A DNA stretch of 63,431 bases, filler included, from Rhabdomonas costata (GCA_019059605.1; 46 parts of 46 records of this genome joined end to end with filler, not necessarily neighbours in it); one strand, 5' to 3'; shown: positions 24,768 to 37,198, counted from the first letter of the whole stretch. The notes: a model not told the origin generated them from the letters alone. Numbers and translations: made by a program.

Positions 24768-24899
24768 NNNNNNNNNNNNNNNNNNNNNNNNNNNNNNNNN
24801 NNNNNNNNNNNTTAATTAATTAANNNNNNNNNNNNNNNNNNNNNNNNNNNNNNNNNNNNNNNNNNNNGGGTTTGGGGTTACACAATGCAAGCATTTATG

Positions 24900-24998
24900 G
24901 AACCTTGAACCTTGAACCTTGAACCTTGAACCTTGAACCTTGAACCTTGAACCTTGAACCTTGAACCTTGAACCTTGAACCTTGAACCTTGAACCTTG
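24900..24998. repeat. (GAACCTT)n heptamer tandem repeat, ~14 copies
   Basis: Perfect 7-nt period just upstream of the PARP-like exon. Confidence 0.97.
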
Positions 24999-25045
24999 AC
25001 TCCGTGACTCAGGTTCATATCGTTTTCTGCTTTGCTTCGCTTCAG

Positions 25046-26071
25046 AGTCTCGCAGGCGGTTGCCTCCAATCACCACACTTTGATGGTGTGCGCCACAGAC
25101 CAGGAGTGGCTGTCCGAGCTGGAGGTGAACAACACGCTCAACGAGAAGTTCCTCTACGTCAAGACAAGGTCCTTCCTTCTGCGCCCCCTTTCCCATTCTG
25201 TTGGTCTCAATCTTTGTGGTGATTGTTCACTTATTTCAGTCAGCAACTGTGAAAGCAAGCCAGGCATTCTATAATGCATAATACTTCTCCCACTTTAACT
25301 ACGTCACCCGGTATATTATCTCTGAACAAAAAAATAACACTAAATGAGCGCAGTAACACCACGAAACAGCTAGATTATAGTATGCGCCATTTCGAAGAAG
25401 TCTTAGTTCACTCCAAAGTATATACTGTGCCGGTCACCCCTAAAGCTGTCCCAGCCGTTCGGCTTCAACCTGAGAAGCATGAGTCCGGCGCGGGCTCGCA
25501 GGGTCAAGTTATCCTGCTGAGCCTTGCAGGCTGCCTGTAATGTCCCTGGCCACTATCAGCGGACTGTAGGCTGCAGGCTCTAAATGCCAGGCCTTTCCTT
25601 TCGTAGCAATAAGTGTGTGGCCTTTTGCTCACTCCCAGGCAGCCCTTCGCCGACGCCTCGCTCGGAGTTGGGCTCTGGGAGCACGGCACCCGAGGCCGCT
25701 ACGGCTTTGGGATCTACCTCAGCGAGCTCCTGCGAGGGGCCCCAGACCCCCAGCCCTACCTGGGCCCTGACCAGCCCACGTGCTGTGCCGTGCTTGTGAC
25801 CCGGGTGCTTGTGGGGTGCCCCCACTTGGCACCCTCCCCGCACCCCAACCTCACTCAGCCCCCGTGTGTGGTTCAGTGCCACTGGGACGCCCACCCTTGT
25901 GCTCACCTTCGGTTTGACTCCGTGGTGGGGGCAGCGGGAGGAGGGGCGCCGGCCCCAGCTCAGCCCCCCTCGCAGCAGCACCAGCATAGCAGTGCAGGAG
26001 TGGCAGCACAGGCGGCGGCGGGGGGGCCCCCGGCCACTACTGTGAAGGAGTACGTGGTGTACCGTGGAGAG
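25046..26071 (+). CDS. PARP-like (ARTD) catalytic domain, exons 25046-25168 and 25639-26071
   Basis: LNEKFLYVKT, GRYGFGIYLSE, VLVTRVLVG, RFDSVVG, KEYVVY in PARP order; phase-2 GT-AG join. Confidence 0.75.
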
Positions 26072-27658
26072 GTGTGAAAGCGCAGCCATGCGGTGCATGC
26101 GGTGCAAGGGTGCAAGGGAATCCGTTTGCGAGTGTTTGTTCACTTGTCNNNNNNNNNNNNNNNNNNNNNNNNNNNNNNNNNNNNNNNNNNNNTTAATTAA
26201 TTAANNNNNNNNNNNNNNNNNNNNNNNNNNNNNNNNNNNNNNNNNNNNGTTTGTGATAGTGGCTGATACCGTTGCGTAGTAAAAGGCAAATTGCTGGTAG
26301 AAATCGTAGAAACATAAACACAGAAACCTCTTTAAGTATGTATGATTGCCAAGATTAGTCCATCCTAATATCCTCCAGATTCGGGATAAAACATTTGTTG
26401 TTGAATTGATGGTTTTTTGTTGGCAGAAGGACAATTCTTCCGCGTTAGCGAACATGTGTTTTCGGCTAATTGCCTATATGACGTGCATCATGGATCCAAC
26501 CTAGAACAGGTGAATCCTGGATCACCACCTCAGGAGAATTCTGGATCTAACCATGAACAGGTGCACCGCATATTGGTTGGTTGAAGCACCTAGGATATTG
26601 TACCGCTCCGCTGCGCCCAGCGGTACAATACATTCTGGAAAATGGCATCGGCAGGTCACCACTAAACTCTGCAAAAAGTTCTATTGAAATCCATGGGAAG
26701 CTTGCATCGCATCATAGCCACGACAAAGAGCTTCTATTGGCATTGTTCTAACTTTCTTCTGTCATTGTGTGGTCATTGTGGACTAGAATTTGATTAAATA
26801 CTGAATGAATATCAATCTTAGTATAGTAATGTGACTTCCGTAGCTGATAGATCATGTAATCTATTCAAGGCATGGTTTTTATTTGGAGTTAAATGGATTT
26901 CAGTGGAAACAAAGACGCAAAAAATATCTGCCACATAGAGTAAAATTGTCTCTTCAATAAAACAAAGATCAATGAGTTCCTTCGGCTGACGCTGTACGTG
27001 GTTGTGGTTGATAGAATGTAGAGACGCTGTGCCGTTACATTGGTATCTTCAATTAGATATGCAGATACCGTTGAATACAAGGCAGTAGCTTTCTGGGAAG
27101 ATGAAATTAAACTCTTATTTTAGCTGAAGAACTTCTAATGGGACCGGTACAAAACGCGGTGATCTACATACCTCCTTATGGGTGTTTTTGCTGTCCGGCA
27201 TGGACATTTTATAGAGTAGTTTTTATTAAGTTTAGTTTATGCTATGCAACTCAGCTTCTGAGACTTATTATCGTCTTTTCATGATAAGCTTGTAATAAAA
27301 TAACCTTTGAATTTGTTTATATTTGTGTACGACATCGATTTTTTATTGAGAGCTTTCTTCTGCTATGTCAAAGACACATGTTATGAAAATACATGGAATG
27401 AGACCTACGCAATTGTGCAGCCAAGCCTTGATATCCTTTACAGGTTGCATTGGCTGCATTCTTCTAAAGAAGTATCTGCGCCACGTTGTATCCTGTAGCA
27501 ACATTAATGTGATTAAAGAGGTCACTGGCNNNNNNNNNNNNNNNNNNNNNNNNNNNNNNNNNNNNNNNNNNNNTTAATTAATTAANNNNNNNNNNNNNNN
27601 NNNNNNNNNNNNNNNNNNNNNNNNNNNNNGGATGGAGTGGAAGGGAAGATCCCAGACC

Positions 27659-28713
27659 TCTCGCGGTCGGAGGACTCCACCAAAATGAGCTCGGAACGCG
27701 CCCGGAGCTCGCGGTCCAGTAGGCGCGGCACTTGGTACTCCAGCCACAGTGTGCCGTACAGCAAAAGCTGCTCCCGGCAGAGCATGAAGCGGTCGCACAG
27801 CTCCACATACTCCTAAAAGGAGATGTCCCAGGGTGAGGGGAACAGGTCTTCGATTCTTGACCGTTTCTGGCTTCCATTTAATGCTCCGCAGAGAAGCTAA
27901 GCAGTTTGCAAATATTCAGCCCACGTCAATCGGCGCATTTGAACCTCGCCTCAAAAGCAGAACACAGCAGTTCGGGTTGAACGTTGCCCTCGAATACTTC
28001 GTGGGCCCCCGCAAACAGGTGGTTGAACTGCGTGCCGTGCACCTCTTCATCCCATTCTTCATAGCATTCTTCATAGCTATTTCATTTCCACCCAGCACTA
28101 GCTGGGCACTCCTGATAGATATTACAGAAAGCTGCATACCGTCCAAACGATCTCAAAAAGCCGGCGAAGGTAGAAGAAGTCACAGTGCTCCAAGATCTCG
28201 ATGTCCTCCCTCTCCAGCCACTCTTCGGATTCCAACTGAGTCCACAAAAAAAGCACCCCGAACTTGCTCTTGAAGCGCCAAACACCACCAAAATGCGCGG
28301 GGACACAGTTGGCAAATAAAAAGGGAGTCCAGTTTAATTGGGTATACAGGAAGTGTTGATTGAAAGCCAGACCATTCACCGTTTTTATGATAAGGACAAT
28401 CACAAGGACACGGGGGCGGGAATGTGGTCTGTGGACTGGTGAGGGGCTTTAATGGCTTTCATATTGCCTGCTCAAACAGGAAAAATTGCAACCCAGATAA
28501 TTCTTCCTCTCTCCAAGACAGGGAGACCTGGGTACGTTCCGCCTGTAGCAGACGGCCCAGCTGTACTCCTTCGTATGCCCTCCACTTCTCGCGCTGCAGG
28601 CGCAGGGCCATCCTCCGCCTCACCTCGCGGCGGGCTCTCCAGATCCGTACCCGGCACTGAATCACCACTGCTGCCAGCTCCGCGATCTCGTCATCGTTGT
28701 AGACGAGATCCAT
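27659..28713 (-). CDS. IQ-motif protein, 5' exons (ATG at 28713; exons ~28528-28713, ~28150-28270, ~27659-27813)
   Basis: AAVVIQCRVRIWRARREVRRR is an IQ motif; followed by E/R-rich helical exons with AG/GT borders. Confidence 0.7.
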
Positions 28714-30056
28714 GGTTTTGGAGATCAGACAGGAGGAGGATCTTTTGGTCTTAACCCAAACAGACCACCAGAGAAGATCGCGGGATAGTGGAGTCCTTTT
28801 TTTACTGCTCACCAAGTTTAATGTCCGCAATAATCCATTGACGTGCACAACAAACGAGGAACAGTGAAAAATATCAGGACTGCCCAGGGAAAGATGGGCC
28901 CAACCACAACNNNNNNNNNNNNNNNNNNNNNNNNNNNNNNNNNNNNNNNNNNNNTTAATTAATTAANNNNNNNNNNNNNNNNNNNNNNNNNNNNNNNNNN
29001 NNNNNNNNNNCCCTTTAGTACCCTGTAGTCGAAATCGATAAATCGATTCAATAGTCCCTTCCCCCGTTGTGGCCCCTTCTTTCCGGTTTTATAGGCCTGC
29101 GAGCGGTGGGAGCAGTCTGAAGGGGGCCAGCGGAAGTCCATGAGGGCCGAGAACTACCGGGACTGCAGGCAGCCCTAACCACCCACCCAACCAACCAACC
29201 TCGCCTCATACTCTTAGGGCTGCTGAGTGAGCGGTGTTCCTGCTGGGAACGTTTTCCGCTAGAGGGAGGGTTTTCTGGGCACACTCAGGCTTTTGGTTTC
29301 ATGTGTTGCTGAGCTTGGTCGGTTGTTCGCTTCCTCTAATGGAAATCTTGCTTTGCACACGCGTACAATGAGTCAGAGATGCCCTGTGGCATCGTCCGAC
29401 AGTGGTGCTGCGCTTCGAGGGCCCCGGTTTGCAATCGCTGCAACTGTGCGAATGAGTTTGAGATTTGTTTGTGCCTTCTTGAGGCCCGATTCACAGACAG
29501 ATTTGAATCATTTTTCTTGAAAGTGACATAAAGCAGGTTACACCGTAAAGTAAGAACTCACGGTTTTACGGTGAAAACAATATATCCAACGCCGAAAAAG
29601 GCCACCGTTTGAAAGTCACTCTGCAAAAACTTCATATCGGAATTGGTTGCGCACTATTCTCTTACTTTTGGGGTGTTAATTGCTTTGCCGGCAAGGGAAC
29701 GAAGCACTGGCAGTCCATGTGTTCAAGAAACCGTGGAGAAGCGATTGCAAATCCTACAACAGGCAGACGAAAGTATTTGTATCATTTTTCTTGAAAGTGA
29801 CGTATGTTGGCGGGATTGGTGCATATGAGTTGAAGTGGAATAGTTTTTGGGGCGAAGAATAGCACCCCGGAGGCCCAAATGGCCGGCGATGCGCAATTTT
29901 GACATGGGGAGTTTCGATATTGTTTTGTCACGGCTCACCGTTAATTGTACTCCCCCCGCCCATCCTAAAGTTTTCGGGTCCACACGGCTTCTGCTTCACG
30001 GCTTCGGGTTTACAGACAACTGCGGTTCGTAGATCCGGATGTTTTTTCTGTTGAAG

Positions 30057-30161
30057 GCTGTACGGGTCGGTGCGGCCGGTTCAGCTGAAGGCCTTTGTGC
30101 AGCTGCACATCAGTGAGGAGCAGAAGAGGCGGGTCGTGCTTGCTCTTTACTGGCGCAAGAG
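30057..30161 (+). CDS. Internal exon of a hypothetical protein
   Basis: AAG|LYGSVRPVQLKAFVQLHISEEQKRRVVLALYWRKR|GT, phase 2-2, GC3-rich. Confidence 0.55.
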
Positions 30162-31771
30162 GTCCCCCACCCAAATGGACATTTCTCTGCCTCCTGAGAG
30201 TCTGCAGATAGCTCTGAGAGCAACCCCTGAGAAGGCTGGAAATGTCCATTTGGGTGGGGGACCTCTTGTGCCGGTACAGAGCCACCACACCNNNNNNNNN
30301 NNNNNNNNNNNNNNNNNNNNNNNNNNNNNNNNNNNTTAATTAATTAANNNNNNNNNNNNNNNNNNNNNNNNNNNNNNNNNNNNNNNNNNNNTTTGTTTGT
30401 GCCCATGTTCACGCCCCAGTCAGCGTCCCCGCCTCAGCGCACGCATTGACCTCCACAATTTTTCGATGATAATCAAACAGAAGAATTGTGGAGGTCAATG
30501 CGTGCGCTGAGGCGGGGACGCTGACTGGGGCGTGAATATGGGCATGAACAAAACAAAACAAAAGCATCCAAGTTCAGGAGGTGGCAGAGCCGTGACACCG
30601 TGACACCACTGTCCCACGTTGATGCGAACTGGGGTGGGGCGCAGTTTTTTTGCTTGCACAATCGCATCGGCCTGTACAGTACGACGTTAAAACAAATTCA
30701 AGCAATTTACCACCCGCACCCACCCCACTCATCCCGAATGATGGATAATAAATCAAAATTGGGACGAAAAGTTTAGCTGGTCGTTACTCTTTGAAATCCC
30801 GCCCAACCAACCCTTGACAAAAGAGCAGGATGCAACACAGTTGAGGCACAAAGGTTGGCAATATATAGAATGCCAACCAATCCCCCTGAGTTTTGTGCGG
30901 AGCCCACACCGTGTGCTGCCATTGATAGCAGACACAAACACACATCTTGTGCGGTGCAGCGTTCACAAGTCTGTGAGCCCCACAGGCATGTGAGGCATGA
31001 GAATAGAACCGGCCCGGTGGGGGCGGGGGCGTTAAACAGGTGACATGAGGTTGGTTTGGGCTCGAACGGGCAGAAAGCAGGAGAAAAACGGAAGAGGGGA
31101 AGATGCTTTGCTCAGAAGTGCGGGCAGGAACGCAGAGAGATATTCAAAACAAGGGGGCAGGACTGTTTGGAGGTAGGGGCACGAAAAGAGCACGTCCCGC
31201 CAGCGGACGTTCAGGAACATCGGTCCGCCTTGGACAGAGAGAAGAGAGGAAGAATGAGGAAGACGGTGGGAAAGGCCTCCGCAAAGACTTCAGAGGAAAG
31301 ACCCTAGTAGTAGCGGCCGAAACGTGAAGGATGTTCAAGAAAACCTTGAGACTAACGGAATACGAAATAGAAACGGTGTGTTCTGGATGCGGGGGTCACC
31401 ACTGTTATTGGGAAAAAGTTGAGTTTGCTGCGCCCCTTCATACAATCGCAATCGGACGATCAGACCTATGATTCACGATCAATCAATCACGTACACTTGA
31501 GGTCCGCTGAAGAGAGATATCCTTTACAGGAGCCTGACCCCCCCATTGACAGCGCGTACCTTCAACTAAACGCATCGTCAGAACCCATTTGCAACGGATA
31601 TGGTCGAGAAAAGCTTTCACAGCATCGGGGTTATAAATACTCGAACACTGCCAAGTGTAGCCGTCCAAAAANNNNNNNNNNNNNNNNNNNNNNNNNNNNN
31701 NNNNNNNNNNNNNNNTTAATTAATTAANNNNNNNNNNNNNNNNNNNNNNNNNNNNNNNNNNNNNNNNNNNN

Positions 31772-31870
31772 GTGAGTGAGTGAGTGAGTGAGTGAGTGAG
31801 TGAGTGAGTGAGTGAGTGAGTGAGTGAGTGAGTGAGTGAGTGAGTGAGTGAGTGAGTGAGTGAGTGTGTG

Positions 31871-31902
<32 letters not shown>

Positions 31903-31903
31903 T
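31772..31903. repeat. Compound microsatellite (GTGA)n-(GT)n-(GCGT)n
   Basis: Direct repeats at contig start, intronic to the TPR gene. Confidence 0.97.
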
Positions 31904-31919
31904 GTATGGAGGGCAATGC

Positions 31920-32931
31920 CTCTGGATCTTCTGGTCCTTCTCCATTATGCGCTGACTGTTGGGCTCGATCTCGCGGGCCTGCTGGAGCTCCCTCTGGGCC
32001 GCGTCAAAGTCACTGCGAAGTGAGGCGGCGAGAGAGGGGCATCTCTTGAAACAAAGACAGGGGAATCGGATCCACACGAGATGGGTAAGTCACGGGTCAC
32101 ACAGCACGCTATTGATGGCGTATAAAAATTATTCCACAAATCCATCGCTTCAGCAAGTACAAAGCGGTGTGCGGTTTTTGGTGGACGGCAGGAGCCGTAT
32201 TGTTCTCAAGCTTCGCGAAAACCTCATCCAATACTGAACTGAAACGGAACCCCTCATCTGAGTGGTTGCAGTGCCACCCATTGACCATAGCATGTAAAGG
32301 GTCCATCCCTCACTCAGCCCCCCTCATCGCTTCACGCTTCAAGTGACCAAAGCGACCATTTATTCAAGGAAACCACCCCGAACAACTTTCCCTGGTCGGC
32401 TCCAAACCTTACCCTTGAAAAAAGGAACACACACACACGTGCACGAAAGCGCACGACGCACGCAGGCGGACGCACTCATTGAGGATGTGCAGCTCCACCC
32501 GAGTTAGGTAGACATCCACCAGGAGAGGGCTGTTGGGTTGGCTGTCGTCGATGCACGCCTGGCAGGCCTTCAGGCCCTCCTGAATCTGCTTAAGCTGTGA
32601 ACGCGCAAATGAGGGAGTCAGAAGAACTGTTGTCAGGTCAGTTTGTAATTTGCCTTCCATGGACGGGGGAAAACAACCCAAAGCCAAATACAGGAAAGGA
32701 CTTCAATCATATAAATACGAGTTCGAGTAACTTTTTTTGTGGTGGTTGTTCTTTCGTCTCACTCAAGCGTGCACGCGCGGCGAGAAAAAAATCCTTAAAC
32801 TCGCGTCCCCGGAAAGTGAATTGAAGGACGGGAGTGGGCAGACACCTCGAGGTAAAGCTCGCATCGGGACTTCCGCAGCTCCCCCGATTGCCAGCCCTCG
32901 GGGTCCACCTCAAAGGCAGCATCAATTGCCT
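31920..32931 (-). CDS. TPR co-chaperone, DNAJC3/P58IPK-like; exons 32846-32931, 32476-32594, 31920-32012
   Basis: RCELYLE|LKQIQEGLKACQACI...VYLTRVELHILND|DFDAAQRELQQAREIEPNSQRIMEKDQKIQR resembles the last TPRs before the J domain; the J domain itself is not in the contig. Confidence 0.7.
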
Positions 32932-33714
32932 CTGCAATGCAGAAACAGAAGTAGGCACAAAAGGGCATAAGTACACTTATGCCCCCTCCCAGCCCGCTGT
33001 AACCCGCACTTGCATGCCAGCACATGAACGCTCCATGGATCTTGGGCCGCAGATCNNNNNNNNNNNNNNNNNNNNNNNNNNNNNNNNNNNNNNNNNNNNT
33101 TAATTAATTAANNNNNNNNNNNNNNNNNNNNNNNNNNNNNNNNNNNNNNNNNNNNGGTGTTTGGTCTTTCATTATGTGAACCGTGTGATCTGGCAGTTTT
33201 CTACCCTTCACTGAGCACGGGGTTGCATCTCGCGTTCTGTACAATTTCTGCTTCTCTTCTTTTTTGAGTTTCTGTGATTTTGTGATTTTGTGTGCTGTTC
33301 TGCTTTTGAACAATACTCTATGTGGCCTGCGCTTTGTGCTTTTGATCGCATGCAAAAAGAGAGAGTCGAATGCGGAAAATGACGCACCCCTGCCTTCAAG
33401 TTTCACCCGATGTGCTGGCCCTTCTCTCTCTCCCCAAACCCAAAACTTGGTCCGAAATCTTCATCCGCTGGAAACTGCGAGGCCATGGAGACAGGGTTGC
33501 AGTATATCTCGAATGCGTCGTCGGCAACACCCTCCACTCCCGATTCTTTTCTCATTTCACAGGCTTCGCTTTGCGATTTGAGCTGATCTTCATCCTGGGG
33601 CTGGGTAACCTGCCTGTGGTCGTTGTAGTTGCGTGCCTGCGTGCCTGTGTGCCTGTGTGCTGGTGCGCGTTCCTGTGTGCAGTTGTGGTCACCCGCTGTG
33701 AGGGAGAGCGCCGA

Positions 33715-33918
33715 ATGGAAACCCAAGACGCGCTTTCGTCCCTGCAAGGGCTGCGGCGGGACAGTGTTCTGGACATTTTCCGGTGGTTTGAAGCCACTCA
33801 GATTGGGGAAGGGGCCAGCGCCAGGGTGTACCGAGCCACCGCTCACAGCTCTCGCGAGGGCTCGAGGTGCACAAAGGGCCTGGCAGGGATTGCGCGAGGC
33901 CAGCAGTATGCCGTCAAG
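33715..33918 (+). CDS. Ser/Thr protein kinase, first coding exon (subdomains I-II)
   Basis: IGEGASARVYRA glycine loop and YAVK, then a GT donor. Confidence 0.85.
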
Positions 33919-35008
33919 GTGCGCTGCGAGTGTGTGTGTTGGTGTGCATCCTCCCATATCTTATCTATTTTCTTCCCAAGAGGAGAGGACAAGAGGCAGT
34001 AAACAACAAAATCTACTACTACAATTCAAAGGCCCAGAAGAGTGTGCAGAAGTGCAAAGATGGCACAGCACTGACGGATAGGGTCGAAGTCTCCTCCCCT
34101 CCCCCATTTCCGGTTTTTAATTGGGATGCAGCCAAAGGGGGGACGAGGGTCAAGTGGTTGCCAACGTTGCTCTCTGCGCCAGAACGCAAATTTTGGTTGG
34201 ATGAGTTGACGATGGCCGTGAGAGAACGGGATGTAGCATCGAAGGTTGTTGTGTTTCAATGTTTCGAGAGAACATTCCGGAATCTCGATTCCATCTTGCT
34301 CTGTCACCTCTGGCATCTTTTTAGCAAGTGATTGAAATCTTGAAGTTATGCGTTGAAACATAGTTTAAAAAAGCCGCTGATCAAAAGACGAGAAACGATA
34401 GAAAGCATCTATCAGACCTGACCTAGCCCACCCAACNNNNNNNNNNNNNNNNNNNNNNNNNNNNNNNNNNNNNNNNNNNNTTAATTAATTAANNNNNNNN
34501 NNNNNNNNNNNNNNNNNNNNNNNNNNNNNNNNNNNNTTGGGTTTGCAGTTGAGACAGAACGGGGAAATGGGAACAACGGTGCGAGAAAGAGCGAGAGGTT
34601 CAGGAGGGGGGAGGGGGAAGGGGTAAATAGAATTTAGGAAGGGTGGGAAGAGAGTGACAAGGCAGAGTAAGTTTTGGAACAGTATATCTGCTGCGAGAAT
34701 GAGTCCAAATGGTTCCTCTTCTTTCTGTGAGAAGAAAACACAAGTAGAATCGCGAGTGATCGTGACCTACCCGGGTGGCCCCAAATTAGCTCTGCGCGGG
34801 TCCTTCGAAGCGTTTTCAAGACCCGTGCTTTTTGCGCCAAGTTTTAATGCACTTTTTCAGGAATTCTTTGCGGTTTTTGTGTTCGACAATGTTTTTCCGT
34901 CCTCGCGCGTGACAAGTGCTGCCCATTTCCACCGGACTTCTGTCGGACCGCTCTTGGGTTCATTTTCTCCCTCTGTGTGTTAATACCAAACTTCTTTGTG
35001 CTGCAGCG

Positions 35009-35619
35009 ATGGTCACCTTCACGGAACTGAAACGGATGTTGCATGGTAAGGTGCAGCTGCTGCTACTGATCTTCATCCCCCTGACCCTGGCTTGCTTGCT
35101 GGCAGGGCTTGGTGCCGTGCTACGTTCTCCGACTCGTTTTCCTCATCTCCGTGTATTTTTCTCTGTGACTCCGTTTGTAATGTTTGTAATGTTCAGTACC
35201 TCAGGTTATCATCGACATTGGGTGTTGTCAGGATAATTTGACCCTTTTTGAACCGATGCGACGAGGGTGGGTTTGGGTCGAACGGTCTGGTTTACGATGA
35301 ACCTAGACATATCTGAAAAGTGCTGAGCACAAAACCGCAACTAACCACAAAACCGGAATTGAGCTTTATTCCCAAAAGACTGTGCCTCAGTGTGTGATGG
35401 CAGTCGTCTGATGGGGAGATGAAGGTGGGAGCATGAAGAGGGATGAACATACAGCAGGTTCGTGGTTGGGGTGTTCCGCAGGGGTGTCGAAGCAGGCCTC
35501 CGTTCTGACCAACGTGACTCAGGTCGAGAACGGGGTCACTCTGGGAGCCCACTTGAGCTCTGCCGTCCTCGTCCTGGAGAAGGAGCGTACCTACAGCCGG
35601 ATCTACTTGCTCTCCAACG
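35009..35619 (+). CDS. Membrane receptor N-terminus: TM helix plus NIT-like sensor domain; exons 35009-35111 and 35482-35619
   Basis: KVQLLLLIFIPLTLACLLAGLG TM, then LSSAVLVLEKERTYSRIYLLSNG resembling the NIT motif LxxLVHxLQxERGxSxxYLxSxG; phase-1 join. Confidence 0.6.
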
Positions 35620-35625
35620 GTACGC

Positions 35626-35665
35626 TTTTCTTTTCTTTTCTTTTCTTTTCTTTTCTTTTCTTTTT
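35626..35665. repeat. (CTTTT)n intronic repeat
   Basis: Pentamer run directly after the donor. Confidence 0.9.
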
Positions 35666-36561
35666 TTCATTTTCTGAATCGGATTTCACCATCACCCAAC
35701 GTTTGTCGGCATTGATCACCGCACTCCTCACTCCGCACTCCCAACAACACCTAGAGTCTTTTTGCTTCACTTGGAGGTGATTGCAATCTCTCACATGGGG
35801 GAGAGCTTGCAATCACCCNNNNNNNNNNNNNNNNNNNNNNNNNNNNNNNNNNNNNNNNNNNNTTAATTAATTAANNNNNNNNNNNNNNNNNNNNNNNNNN
35901 NNNNNNNNNNNNNNNNNNGTGTGTGGTTGTATGTGCGTCTGTGTGTTTCGCTCGCTCGCATCCAGCAAAAGGCCCATCGGGGAACGTGGAGGAGAAAGTG
36001 GACAGCGCACATGAGTAGGGTAAGGGAACCCGGATAGCCACTTTACCGGTGGCGCCCCTTAATGGCCGAAAAGAAGGCACTGACTATGAATCCGAGCAAG
36101 AGGGGGTTGGCGAGCCGCACATATTCAACTGTGTGCCTGAGCCAACTCACATTCCTGCTCGTCGTGCAGATTGTTCTCCCAGGAATACAATTGAAGCGCC
36201 ATCAGATTCGCATTGGTCCCTTTTGCTCGTCATTCCACCTGCTCTTCTTCGCCTTCCAGTTTTCGGTATGAGCCATTCTCCACTTAATCCTCTTTGGTTC
36301 ACGTTCCTCACTTTGTTTATGTACTGCTTATGTATGCGTTGAGCACACAGCGAAGTGGCTAATGTAATCTCGTATACCAATCATTTGTCTGCTCGGCATC
36401 CGAATTGCCACCTGGCACTTGAAAGATTGTGTGTATCGCAATTGCATAAACATAAGGTTTCGCGTGCTGAGGCAAAACAAATGCAAAGCATGGGAAATGT
36501 TGGAATGCAGGCTGGAAGAGGAGATGGGAAGGCAGGGACTATTCGTATTTTCAGCGCGTAC

Positions 36562-37198
36562 CCTTGGGGAAGTTCTCTCACGAAGCCATCCGCACTAGCC
36601 TTCACCGCACTGCTACAGATCACCTCCCACAGATGAGAGGCCGCTGGGCTGAGCCCATTTAACTTCATGGAGCCCTGCGCACAGGAGGACTGCTGCAACG
36701 CGGCAGTGATCTGCCGCACAAGCCCTGCAGTTTCCTGAGTAAATACAGAGCCGGCACAAACGCAGCGCGAGGCCCTGCTGCTTATAGCTTGATTGATCAT
36801 CACACACAAACAGCGCATTATTTTTGGCGTGCATGGAATCTCCTGACAAAGCTCGGAAAATCGAAAAGCCGTAACTCAATCAAGAGCTATCATCGGAGTT
36901 CTGAAGTCAATGACAGGTCTGTGGTACAATCCGGTTCGGTATTGTAGTTATGTGACGGTAGAAGGTATGTCGCCCAGCAAACGGGCATAACTTAAATTGT
37001 TGGCTGGGCCTTGTGGGTGTGCAACTCCCCCCACCCACCAACCCTAACCCCCTGTGGACCTCCGCCGAAGAAGTTCCAAGGTAGCCGTACGCCAGGTTCT
37101 GTAAGATGGTGCCGGAGAACAGCAGTGCCTCCTGGGGGACGTACCCAACGTGGGAGCGAAGCCACGCCGTGGGGCCAAGGGAGGAGGAGGAAGAGGAG
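36562..37198 (-). CDS. ABCB-type transporter nucleotide-binding domain, exons 37060-37198 and 36562-36734
   Basis: WLRSHVGYVPQEALLFSGTILQNLAYG (Q-loop) and AVKASADGFVRELPQG (pre-signature). Confidence 0.85.

Noticed and set aside
26249-27529. hAT-like transposase remnant (TWNETY resembling TRWNSTY) and a 12-bp hairpin at 26596-26630
   Set aside because: Similarity is too short and frames are broken; cannot be supported without a search.
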